Assembly (NCBI GenBank): GCA_030141605.1
Contig: JAQGDQ010000649.1
Location: 53,327-117,326 of the forward strand
DNA: 64,000 bases
DNA from: Tubiluchus corallicola
Taxonomy: Eukaryota > Animalia > Priapulida
Direction of reading: 5' to 3'
Each line of letters starts with the position of its first letter. Position 1 is the stretch's first letter. Positions 40,401 through 52,544 of the stretch are shown here, in pieces. A program made the translations under genes and the position numbers. Below the pieces are notes generated by a model. That model did not search any database, had not been told where the DNA came from, and was given only the letters and a program-made list of their open reading frames with translations.

Positions 40401-43400
40401 CTTTAAGAATGTATTGTTTTCTCTAACAGTTCCAATGGTATGTAAAGTTTACAGAATATTAGTGAACTATTAGTATTATTTTATTATTATTTTAGTATTA
40501 AAGTTATTATTTTCACAGCAATTATTAAATTAAGATTAAGGGAGATTAAATTTAACATCCTTAAGCTTTACCACCTATTCACATTTGAGATACCAATGTC
40601 ACATTTGACTTACCAAAAATACTTAAGATTTCTTGAAAACCATTGTTAATGCATTTGAACTACCCAAGTCTACATTTGAGTAACCAAGACACATTTGAAT
40701 TACCTAAATCTACATTTGACTTAACGTAGGTCTACATTTGACGTGTAAAACCTATAATACATTGCTTTTAGGTTACCTTGGAGCAAAAAACCGAAACAGT
40801 TCAAGAACCAGCTATCAATCTTGGGAGACCAGTCGGGACAGCGATTCCTCCTTTCATCGTGCAAGCTTTAGTTCCAGTCCAGCATCTGTGTACGATGGTC
40901 CTTTCATAGCCAAAGCCGTCGTAACAAAAGATTACACTCCCAGCCCGTACGATGATGATGCACTCACCTTGTCGGTCAGAATCTTACCTACCTTCATATT
41001 CGTTCATGATCTTAAAATAATTATACTAATTTTTCTTATTTTTCTTTACATAGAAACACAGTATATAAAAAAGATGTATCACAGTTTTGCTATGCACATA
41101 CGCAGTTGCTGCAGGTCAAAAGTTAAATGTATCATGGCATCGCGTCTTAACAACAAACGGCACGTGACATGTGGGTAAAGCAAAGCCAACTGCTGCATTA
41201 GTTCAGTAATGTCAGTTGATTTATGTGGACTTTACTACTTATTTATACATTTGTCTGTGCGCAGAGTGATTTACTAGCAAGATCTTGCTTGGGAACAAGA
41301 AAATATGAACTAGGTAAGGTTCTAGCTAGTTGCTAAACCTGTTAATATTACAATAGCATGGGCTGAGAGGTGTTGTCAAGTGTAGAGAAATGTGTTGTCT
41401 AGTACACTTAACTTTTGACCTTTTCAGGATCATCAATCGCTGAAACTATGAAAAGGCTTATTGCAATTTACAGACTAGCTAATTAATGGTTAAAAATGTC
41501 TAATGCATTTAATTCAAAACTACATTAGATGCGTAACGAGGAATTCTTCTTTCTACGAATTTTAACTTTTTTATTCAAGGTTGGAGATACAATCGACATA
41601 ATCAGCATGAACACTACAGGAACTTGGACAGGTGTTCTGAACAACAAGGTAGGCACGTTCAAGTTCATCAATGTTGATGTGGTCACAAAAGAGGAGCCTG
41701 CAAAACAGAGAAGGCGACCGAAGAGCTCTCACGTGAGGAGAAGACATTCGCACAGAAGCAAACCCAAAACAACCGAAGATTTGCTTAAACGTTTACATCT
41801 TGAGGTTTGTTGTTTACATAACGGGCTATCATTATTTATTTTTATTATTATTTACTTACAACGCATTTATTAGAATAGAATTAGTATTGTATTCTTCACA
41901 GGAAAATTCCCAAAGGATTAAATGAATCAGCAAGTAGTCGGATGCACCTCGTAGTCGTAGTTGTGCAAAATGTTTTGTCTGTTTTCTACATAACTTCACA
42001 AACACAATTAAATCTGTGTTCGTACTTACAATGTGACAAAACACCAAGTTCTTTTTACTGCCCGTGTATGAATGTTTGAGTGGTAAATGTAAGATGCATG
42101 TATTAAAAAGCTCACTTACGAAAACTTGATATTATTTACTTAAAGGACGGTCTAGGAAACACTTGGTGGAATTAATGTTGCGCCAATCACTACTGTGAAA
42201 CGTAACAGACTTGCAAAAATAGATGATTATATTCAGATGTCTACGTATTAATTTTCATGCATAAACATTTAGTATCTGGTTTGGTAGTCGTGCAATTTCA
42301 CTAGGTTCAGAAGCTCAGACATACACACGAAGCTCAGACACATACACACGAAGCTCAGACACATCGATGCGAAGCTCAGCAGCTCAGACACATGAAGCTC
42401 AGACACATACACATGAAGCTCAGAAGCTCAGATACATACATACGAAGCTCAGACACATCGATACGAAGCTCAGAAGCTCAGACACATCGATGCGAAGCTC
42501 AGAAGCTCAGACACATACACGCGAAGCTCAGACACATACACACGAAGCTCAGAAGCTCAGACACATACACGCGAAGCTCAGACACATACACACGAAGCTC
42601 AGAAGCTCAGACACATACACACGAAGCTTAGACACATACACACGAAGCTCAGAAGCTCAGACACATACACACGAAGCTCAGAAGCTCAGACACATACACG
42701 CGAAACTCAGTCACATACACGTGAAGCTCAGACACATACACGCGAAGCTCAGACACATACACACGAAGCTCAGGAGCTCAGACACATACAAGCGAAACTC
42801 AGTCACATACACACGAAGCTCAGAAGCTCAGACACATACACGTAAAGCTCAGAAGCTCAGACACATACACGCGAAGCTCAGAAGCTCACACACATACACA
42901 CGAAGCTCAGAAGCTCAGACACATTCACACGAAGCTCAGAAGCTCAAACACGCACACCAAGCTCAGAAGCTCAGACACATACACACGAAGCTCAGAAGCC
43001 CACACATACACACCCGAATTGTACTTTATTTTATAATAACATTGTGTTCCTTGTTACAGAAATATGTCAGCGTGTTCTTGCTAAATGGGTACGATCTTGA
43101 GCATTTTAAAGAAATAGAGGAAGAAGATCTTATTGATCTACAGATAAACTCTTCTGAAGACAGAGCCAAACTGCTTACCGCGGCAGAACTTCTACTTGAC
43201 GACGATGATAGTAATAAAGCGTCTTTGTAAACTTTGAACAGGAAAAGATTTAACGAAATCTATTTTAAATGTATCGAAAGTTTTATTCATTTAAGCCTCT
43301 GCTAGTTCTGTATCCAAAATTTTCAGAACGGATATTTTGTATTGTGGAAAATTCAGTCAAATTGTTCATGCCTTTTTGTGCAAACAGTGTTCCAAATAGT

Positions 43401-46400
43401 TTTTTTTGTGTTAAACCCTTCTCACATTAGTTTATTTACATAGCCAGGCGGAGGTTTTCTGTTTAGTACTAGATACTTGCTTCTTAAACGATTCCTCATT
43501 TTTTCAGATGTTAATGCAAATGAGACAGTAGAGAGGGTAAAGAAGGCCGTTCCACGTGATTCGGGATGCTACGGAAGCAGTGAACATCTTGAGAGCAAAG
43601 ATTCTACGAAGCAAGATCAAATGGCTGTGACTGTTTCATTGGTAGATGCCACTGCTGTCAGTGTACAATCAAAGATCAAAGATAACAAAAGTTCTCAGAA
43701 AGCTTCTCCGTTAAATGCTCGTAAAGAATCGTCAGATGTAGCTAAAGGAAGCGGGAAAAAGATGCTAAACAGAATTGCGCACACAGACCAGAAGAACGGG
43801 TCAAAGTCACCAAAGATGGCAAAACCATCGAGTCTGAAAGCCAAGCTGTTTCAGAGCAAACCACAAAAATCCTATGTCAAAGAGTTAAGATTATCTATCA
43901 GCCAATCAGATGACAAACCGCTGTCCAATAGCTGCGATGCTTTAATTGAACCAAGTGCAATGGAAAACGTCGAATACGAGAAAAGGAAAGCAGAATCGCT
44001 GCCACATTTGGCTGATGACGTGTTTGATGACAAGCTGGTAAAACAGAATAAAGTAGCAAAGAACAAGACCGTCTCCACGGTAGCAAGAGACAGAACTAGC
44101 AAAAAGTTTTCTGATTCCAATGTTAATTATGGATCGTCCACCTTCTGGCAGAAGGTCACACTGCGACCAAAGTTTGCCACATTGCCACGTCCACCGAGCA
44201 GTGAAAAACGCAACACAATACTTGATCCGCTCGGCGACAGCATTGGTTCGTCTAGAGTCCAAAGTATAATTGAAACGTTTCAGGTAAGAGCGTTAGTACT
44301 GGTGTTAAATATCAATCAACATCTTTATATCTTTACCTGGAGTCTCGTTTTCACACACAGTGACAATCAGTTTACGTTGAAGTTTACAAATAAATGGTAA
44401 TGATAACATATGAAAGGCATAGGTAAAGTGGTAGAGATGCTGACCCCTCAATCTGTATAGGAAATTAGACTTCAGACATCTCTTCTAGCCGGCGACACCA
44501 CCCAGTGGCATCTCTTCAAAAATAAACCTGCTGACTTCGTTACATCTTCACTTTATTTGATATTTGTTTATCCCAGAAATTTGCATGTCCCAAAACAACC
44601 ACTCAGTTAGCAAATAAATAAAACTCTCAAAGAATGAATGCCGTAGACGCCACTTAATAGACTCAGTTTGGGGTGGAAATATTTTGACCCAATTAACTAG
44701 CTAAATCTATTAACCATCAGATGCAGTGTTACTAATGTAGAATTATGAATCATCAGCTTAGTATGAACTGCAAAGATTTTTAATGAATTTTAGAAACGAA
44801 GTAATGCCTAAATTTATATGTAGTCATTAAAAAATATTAATTTATAATGTGAGTTTATAAAAAAGTTTACTTTTCTAAATCACACAAGTCTGTTTATTTA
44901 CAAAAATTTCAAAAATGCGTCCAAAAGTCAGCTGCTTCATTTTTTGTTACAAGTTGGCTCTCAAAGTTTGCGTAATGATAAAAACGTTGAAAATCTGATG
45001 TATGATGCACAAATTCTCGTAAAATACTTAGTGCTTGGCGTGCTTAAACTGTTGGTGGTGCCCGTGTTTCCCTGCAAGTAGCTTCATCTGTAGTTTCCCC
45101 TGAGCTCCCTCTTGCTTAAACTGTTGGTGGTTGTTTCCCGATAACTTCATCTGTAGCTTCCCCTAAGCTCCCCTTGCAAACCCCCGCAAGTAGCTTCATC
45201 TGTAGTTTCCCCTGAGCTCCCTCTTGCTTAAACTGTTGGTGGTGCCCGTGTTTTCCCGCAAGTAACTTCATCTGTAGCTTCCCCTAAGCTCCCTCTTGCT
45301 TAAACTGTTGGTGGTGCCCGGTTTCCCCCGCAAGTAGCTTCATCTGTAGTTTCCCCTGAGCTCCCTCTTGCTTAAACTGTTGGTGGTGCCCGTGTTTTCC
45401 CGCAAGTAACTTCATCTGTAGCTTCCCCTAAGCTCCCTCTTGCTTAAACTGTTGGTGGTGCCCGGTTTCCCCCGCAAGTAGCTTCATCTGTAGTTTCCCC
45501 TGAGCTCCCTCTTGCTTAAACTGTTGGTGGTGCCCGTGTTTTCCCGCAAGTAGCTTCATCTGTAATTTCCCCTGAGCTCCCTCTTGCTCAAACTGTTGGT
45601 GGTGCCCGGTTTCCCCCGCAAGTAGCTTCATCTGTAGTTTCCCCTGAGCTCCCGCTTGCTTAAACTGTTGGTGGTGCTCGTGTTTCCCCGCAAGTAGCTT
45701 CATCTGTAGTTTCCCCTGAGCTCCCTCTTGCTTAAACTGTTGGTGGTGCCCGTGTTTCCCCGCAAGTAGCTTCATCTGTAATTTCCCCTGAGCTCCCTCT
45801 TGCTCAAACTGTTGGTGGTGCTCGTCCCACACCACCTTTAACGGTGTTTCCCCAAGTAGCTTCATGTAATTTCCTGAGCTCCCTCTTGCTCAAACTGTTG
45901 GTGGTGCTCGTGTTCCCCCGCAAGTAGCTTCATCTGTAATTTCCCCTGAGCTCCCTCTTGCTTAAACTGTTGGTGGTGCCCGTGTTTCCCCGCAAGTAGC
46001 TTCATCTGTAATTTCCCCTGAGCACCCTCTTGCTTAAACTGTTGGTGGTGCTCGTGTTTCCCCGCAAGTGGCTTCATCTGTAGCTTCCCCTGAGCTCCCG
46101 TTTGCTATTGTCTCAATGTATCTGCATCCCTGGCATAACAGCAACAGCAAACTGATTAAACTTTCTGGGAAAGACAGCCAGAGCTTCAAAAGCAAACCGC
46201 TAAGCAAGTGATTAAATGTTTAGCTTCCTGGAAATTCTTGGGTAACGAGGTTAATTGCAGTGGACGGGCGGGTCAAAGCCAGCCATTAGGCTATCATATT
46301 AACGTATAATAAACGTTCCTGCTTACAAATAAAATGGTACTTAACATGATTGTTTCTATGTATATTATAAAACAAAAGTGAACTAAGATGATATAAAAGT

Positions 46401-48967
46401 CAAAAAGCTTATTAGTCACACGAAAGTGTCTTATTGAAGCATGTGAAGCAAAAATATTGTGTCAATTATGCGGCATTGTTTGAGTCTATTATCAGCAGTT
46501 TTTGTATACTTTTGAATAGAAGCAGCCTGTACCAGATGTGTGTAAGTCAATTAAGTGACCGAGTCAATTAACCATGAGTCTAATAAACGGCGCTTACTGT
46601 TTTGATAAATTGTTTAATTTTTTCTGCCATACCTAATGAAGTTAAATAAACTATGTTTCACTAATGGTGTATAGTTTGTTTGACCCTCTTATAGGGCATG
46701 GGCGGAAGAATGTCTTTTTTAAAATCGAACCAATCAACAGACAACAAGGAGAAACACAAGACGCTTTCTCATCTGTCTAGGAGTAAAAACACATCCGCAT
46801 CGGCAAAACTTGCAGGGCCTACAAAACCAAAGAAACCAATTCCATTAATGAATGAGCCTTCAGCCGAGGCCTGCACTACCATCAATAGGAAATTAAGTAC
46901 GGAAAAGATTAATTTGTCTAAAGAACCATACACTCAAAAGGTAAAAATGCAAATTAGTAGTTACGCCTAGTTGCGATACATTTTTATGATTGATACTATT
47001 AGTTACTTGATAAAATAATAATTATTAATCTCAAAAATGCTAATAACAATGTTAAATTGAATCTTAAAGACCACTTACAAACAAATATGTATCACTAAGT
47101 ATGTAGAAATGACTTCTCTAGAAGAAACATGATCAGTTATTTATATCATTATTGTATATATCTGAATGCAATATTAATTTTTACCACAGGGTGGTGCTTG
47201 TTGCATTCCGTCAGCTCTTGTGCTGCGTTACGTTGTTGAGACGAGGCTTGACGTGGGTGAGGTAGCTACAGCTATGGAGTTGAACAGAATTCAGAAATTA
47301 CAAGCAAACAAGAAAACTTATGTTAGTATTTAGTAGCAACTCTTGTTATTAAATTGTATCTTTCACTTGGAATTTACGAAAGCATGCTCATAACAAGAGA
47401 AAATGAAGTCTACTTTAATAGTGATCTAGCAAGTTTGGCAAAATCCAAAAAAATGAAAACACCATTAATAAATTGATGTCTTTAATAAATTGAGAAATAA
47501 GTCTTTCAACAATCAAAGTACAGTCAACCTCGGATATAAGGGACACCTCAGGACTGGAAAAAAACGTCCCTTATATCCGATGTTCCTTATAGCCAAAGTT
47601 GAGTCAGACCGAGGGTGTATATAGACCTGTACTTTTACCCATATTTTTATGGATTATAGCTACACATTCTGTGCAAATGGTATGTAGGAAGCTCCTTCAG
47701 TGATGCGAGATGTATGTGACAGCGGAAACCGAGCTGTTCGAAAGGCCGAGTTTGCGAAAAATTAAGGTTAAAAATCGATTAATTTGATCATAGTGTCCCT
47801 TATATGCGAGGTAATTTACCTGGGTTTCTAGTATGCGGGACTTGAAGATATCATCCCTTATAATCGAAAGTCCCTTATATCCGAGTACCTCATATACGAA
47901 GAGTTTTACATAGGAAAAACGTTACGAAAAATCGGGACTGGTGTTGGTGGTCCCTTATAAGTGAGTACCTTTTACACGAGGTTGACTGTAGTTTGGTTAT
48001 ATGATGGTGCACGTGTAAAAGACATAAGCATTGTCCTACAGTTAAGACTATGTAGTGCATTAACGCGTTTGCATATTTACAGGTGCACAATCGGTACTTA
48101 GCAGAGACGTGTTCATCTGAGGATCCACCGAATTATAGCTCAGTCCAAGACTGGCTTATCTCACTAGGTCTGCCCATGTACACTGAAATGTTGGTAAGTC
48201 TGTATATAAAATCATTACCAGTTTGCGGCTGCCTGTTCCATCCGTAGTGTGTTTAAAAGCAAATTGTTGAAATTTACAAATTATTGACAAATTGGTGGAA
48301 GAGCTGTGCTTGATATAATCTTGACCTGCTCTCTGTCACTAAATTTTAACTTCAACAGGTGAATTCATAGATTTTACTTGGTGCAAAAGCTAAAATCAGT
48401 GGGCATTGGTGAATTCTATAATTGCCGCCATAAAATTTTTTAATAAGATTAATAAAATAACAATTATTATGGAAGTTAGTTATTTAGAAAATTATACTCT
48501 CAAAAGATATGTGGGAGTTTTGTCATTTTCGTCTCACTTACTATATTGCAGACTGATTTTATCATATGCAGAATTAAAATTACCGAAATTTAACAACAGT
48601 CAAGGATCTTAATAATGAGCTTTTGTTATGTGAAGCAGCTTTTGTAAGAAGTTAAAAACTAAAAAAATCAGAATAACTTAGTCCATTCGTCCTTGCTGTT
48701 TAGAAATAAAACAAACTGATTGAAACGAGGTCACTGGATTGGTAAATAGTTTACACTTTAGACAGCACTACTCTTCCCGCTATCCTCCAGTAATTATCAG
48801 TTATTTCCTTGCAGGCAAAGGCAGGATATAGTCAATTGGAACAAGTCTGTAAACTTAGTGAGACAGAAATGGAAAAATGTGGAATACACGACAACAGTCA
48901 CAGGCAAAGACTAAGTGCGGCATGCAACAATTTGATGAAACATTTGAAAAAGTTTGGCATTATGTAA
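37423..48967 (+). CDS. SASH1: SASH1-like SH3 and double-SAM scaffold protein, about 760 aa, 11 coding exons
   Basis: Exons: 37423-37458, 37932-38039, 38554-38698, 40772-40974, 41580-41804, 43060-43210, 43508-44283, 46695-46940, 47190-47321, 48083-48193, 48815-48967, all phase-consistent. SH3 (DYTPSPYDDDALTLSVGDTIDII...GTWTGVLNNKVGTFKFINVDV), SAM1 (LLKRLHLEKYVSVFLLNGY), the PRDSGCY motif, the INLSKEPY...IPSALVLRY block and SAM2 (SSVQDWLISLGLPMY) match the SASH1 layout as I recall it. The first three exons are less certain. Confidence 0.88.
40011..40756. mobile_element. MITE with 27-bp TIR and about 20-bp TCAAATGT subterminal repeats
   Basis: TATAGGTTTTACACATCAAATGTAGAC...GTCTACATTTGACGTGTAAAACCTATA (1 mismatch). 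Confidence 0.8.
42307..43013. repeat. Compound minisatellite GAAGCTCA / GAAGCTCAGACACATACACAC
   Basis: Direct reading; lies in the SASH1-like intron just upstream of the 43060 exon. Confidence 0.93.
44641..46599. mobile_element. Degenerate pogo-like TIR element enclosing a 72-bp satellite
   Basis: CCGTAGACGCCACTTAATAGACTCA is an imperfect inverse of TGAGTCTAATAAACGGCGCTTACTG; both ends have CAATTAA subterminal motifs. Confidence 0.55.
45042..46100. repeat. 72-bp minisatellite, about 14 copies
   Basis: Unit GCTTAAACTGTTGGTGGTGCCCGTGTTTCCCCGCAAGTAGCTTCATCTGTAGTTTCCCCTGAGCTCCCTCTT. Confidence 0.95.
47521..47988. mobile_element. pogo/Tc1-mariner-like MITE family D, copy 3
   Basis: TA-CAGTCAACCTCG...CGAGGTTGACTG-TA. 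Confidence 0.88.
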
Positions 48968-49104
48968 CCTACCGCTTTCAATACAAAATAACATTACAAT
49001 TAAGTCTTTTACTGTGTCATAATATTGTTACCATTTTTATGTTAGCAACTGATGTGGGAAATGTGCTCATCACTTCCAATATAATCATAACAAAATTATC
49101 AACC

Positions 49105-49661
49105 TTTACGGAAGACCGGACGATTGTTTAGACTCAATCTCATTTTAATTTACTGTCCAAAATATACATTTTCTTGCCTATAAAAGTTAACAATTGTTTC
49201 CTATATTTGAATAATTAGCTTAGAAAGTTAATTAACGGCAACCGAATACAGCTATTGCTTACGTCAGAAACTAACCACAGCTTGTGCAATGGCAGGTGTC
49301 TTTCCTTGCGTGTCAAACACATTTGCATAAGCGTTACAGTAGTGTTCAAATGCATGATGTCATGAAAAATGGGCTCTATGTCATATGACGTCAGAAACTA
49401 ACACTGCAGTTCATTATCATGGTTATCACGGTGCCGCCTTCTATTTGTCGGCCACGTGAACGTGACAAAAAGGCGCCGCTACCAATCTTAGTAGATTCAC
49501 TGAGACGCACGTAGCTTTGAAAGTTTAACAAAATTTGAGTATCCGAGGTAATTATTATTTCATCTAAGCTTTCATTTAAAAAAAGTTATTGTAGTTTTCA
49601 ATATTTTAGAGCATTCTTTATTCTGAACTCGTGTTCACACAGTCATCCGGTTTTCCTTTAA
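49105..49661. mobile_element. Kolobok/T2-like MITE family A, copy 4 (same orientation as copy 1)
   Basis: GGAAGACCGGACGATT...ATCCGGTTTTCCTTTAA; body collinear with 328-870. Confidence 0.85.
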
Positions 49662-50829
49662 TGTTGCTGCAGAATAAATGAAAGCTCTTGCTTATAAAAT
49701 TAATGATATGCATTAGCATTAAACAGTAAAAAAATCATAACACGAGTACATCAGTCCAGTTAATACAACAATAAAAACTGATGCAACAATTAGATCAAAG
49801 CTAATGTTTTATTTTTGATGATACATATATACATACATACATGTAACATAAAAAAGTTCTATAAAGAAAATGGTAATAATTTTGTAACAAGTTTTGACAA
49901 ATTACACAATTTAACTTTGCATGTATTTTAGTGGAAAAACTGTTCCGATAGACAACGTATAATATTTTTCAAACTTAGAACCCGAGTGTGGTTCAATCTA
50001 ATTGCAAGGTCAGGTTTTATTACATCCATGAGTAGTGCGAGACTTCAATATCATGCATAATAATGTCAGCACATTCACAGAGCTGTGAGATGCAATATGA
50101 CTTAATAAAGAAGACCTGTAATTGACAATGTGAAATGAATCCAATGAGAAACGAATATTTTCATAGTCCGAAAAGTATTACAGCTTCAGGTGACTCTGGA
50201 CTCTTGGAGAAGAAAACACAAGCTAAACGTATCATAAAATTCATGAAAAGTCAATTTAAATTTATACGACAATAACTGCATGCTAAACTAATATTTACAA
50301 ATGTGAGAGACTAACTACTTCATGATGCCCAGAGTCAAAAAAATTCATGTTTGAGTAGCTTTATTACGTTTTATCTGTAAGAAAAATCATAACAAAATAT
50401 AACAAACTAATTTGAGCAAAAAAAGGAACAAGGAAATTAATAATAAAGTCAGACTTAATAATCAAAATAAACTTACATCATGGCTCTACTACTCTTGACA
50501 AATAAATGGTTTAACTGAGACAAACAACAGCAACAACTTTCTTAGCCAAGAACAGACTGCCAACAGACCAGGTAAACTAGCTCTGTCAGTAGAGCATGAC
50601 AGAAAGAAGCCAAGTCAAGACATACATACAAATGTAGTTAAAAAGGACAGTATAGGGGAGGTTTACAGAATGAGAGAACACTGAAGTAATAAAATAACCT
50701 AAAATCCTTCACAAGAAATGCAAACATGCAAATTAGTTTCACTTCACCATTAAGTTATACCACAACATAGAACACAAAATTATACAAGGTTTCTACAGAA
50801 AGTAACACAGTATATGTGTGACTTTTACG

Positions 50830-51175
50830 TTAACCCTTTCAGTCCCAAATTATTTTTTAGTAAGAAAAAAAATTTTAGCTTGGCACTTTTGTTCAGTATG
50901 TCCATCTTGTTTACACATAAATATTTTTTCTACCTGTGCCCGCGTGCTAAATATAGCCTGTATCCCATGTGATACATTGGGATTCAATGGAAGCATGAAA
51001 TGTGCTTCATTTTGCAACTGCTGATAATTTATCACCATTTTTAGTCTATTGTTATTGGCTTAAATCAAAATAAGTATTAACAGATCAAATAACTGTTATT
51101 TTTAAAATTTTATTAATTTTAAAGGCAGAAAATATTCTCGTATCCCATGGGATACAACGGGTATGAAAGGGTTAA
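50830..51175. mobile_element. piggyBac-like MITE, copy 2 (internally deleted)
   Basis: TTAA-CCCTTTCA...TGAAAGGG-TTAA. Confidence 0.85.
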
Positions 51176-51507
51176 ATGAACTACTGTCATAGTCAAGTAC
51201 TATATGTTTTCGGTTTGTACTCTTAGAAAACAAATTTCGCAGACTTATTCACCGATCGATTATACAACAAAAATTTTAAGAAAGCATAACCGTTATTACC
51301 TGTGTTTTAAGCTACAAGCAGCGAGATTACATTGATTTAACACTTAACTATTCGGTACAGTTCACCTTTATGGAAAAAAACTTGCAAGAAAAAACTGGTA
51401 TATATTGGGTAAAAACTTGCTAAAATTAATTTTCTTCTCTTCAAAAGTCTCTGCTTACAGTATACTAAAAATATGTTTTGCAAGGTACCTGCTGGTTTCT
51501 GCTGACA

Positions 51508-52065
51508 TTAAACGAAAACCGGATGATTGTGTAAGCACGAGTTCAGAATAAAGAATGCTCTAGAATATTGAAAACTACAATAGCTTTGTTTAAAATCAAA
51601 GCTTAAATTAAATAATAATTACTTTTGATACTCAAATTTCGTTAAACATTCAAAGCTGCACACGGCTCAGTGAATCTACTAAGATTGGCAACGGCGCCTT
51701 TTTGTCACATTTGCATGGCTGACAAATAGAAGACGGTACCGTGATAACCATGATCATGAACTGCTGTGTTAGTTTCTGACGTCATATAATGTAAAGCCCA
51801 TTTTTCGTGACATCATGCGTTTAAACAGTACTGTAACTCTCATGCAAGTGTACTTGATGCGCAAGGGAAGACGTCTGCCATTGCACAAACTGTGGTTAGT
51901 TTCTGACGTAAGCAATAGCTGTGTTCGGTTGACGTTAATTAACTTTCTAAGCTAATTATTCAAATATAAGGAACAATTGTTAACTTTTATAGGCAAGAAA
52001 ATGTGTATTTTGGACAGTAAATTAAAATGAGATCGAGTCTAAACAATCATCCGGTTTTCCTTTAA
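51508..52065. mobile_element. Kolobok/T2-like MITE family A, copy 5
   Basis: TTAAACGAAAACCGGATGAT...ATCCGGTTTTCCTTTAA; body collinear with 34573-35130. Confidence 0.85.
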
Positions 52066-52544
52066 GATTTCATACGACTCCATTTACATTTTACGCTACT
52101 TCAAATTTGTTTTCTTTTGTTTTCTAGCAATGGGATGCCTATCCCACTTTCAAATAATTTACTGATTACACATGTTATGAATAAGTGAGTTATATTAAGA
52201 AAATATTCTAAGGCATGGCGAGAAGAAAGAGCAGAGTAGTCATCCTTGAGTGCCCTCCAATTTAAGCAGTGTTAGGATGGTTAATCCATGCAATGGGAAA
52301 CTCCTTCTGGTCGTACCTTCAGGTATTTGTCTTGTTGAAGGCATATATGTAAATATATATACATGGAAACTTAGCCAAACTTACTGTATCTAAATGTTCA
52401 CAATCTCACAAGATTATCTTTCACAGTTAGCCAGTTTGACCACAACTACTCAACATTAGTGATACGCCCAACTTCCAGCAGAAGGTTAAAATGTATAAAA
52501 AGTAAACAAACACGATAACGAACATTAATTATAATTCATCAAGT

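Noticed and set aside
42367-43059. Repetitive ORF in frame with the SAM1 exon
   Set aside because: The SAM domain is completed correctly by splicing 41804 to 43060; the upstream part is satellite.
45428-46077. Neuropeptide-precursor-like repetitive ORFs on the minus strand
   Set aside because: No signal peptide, frameshifts between units, and antisense within an intron; explained by the 72-bp satellite.
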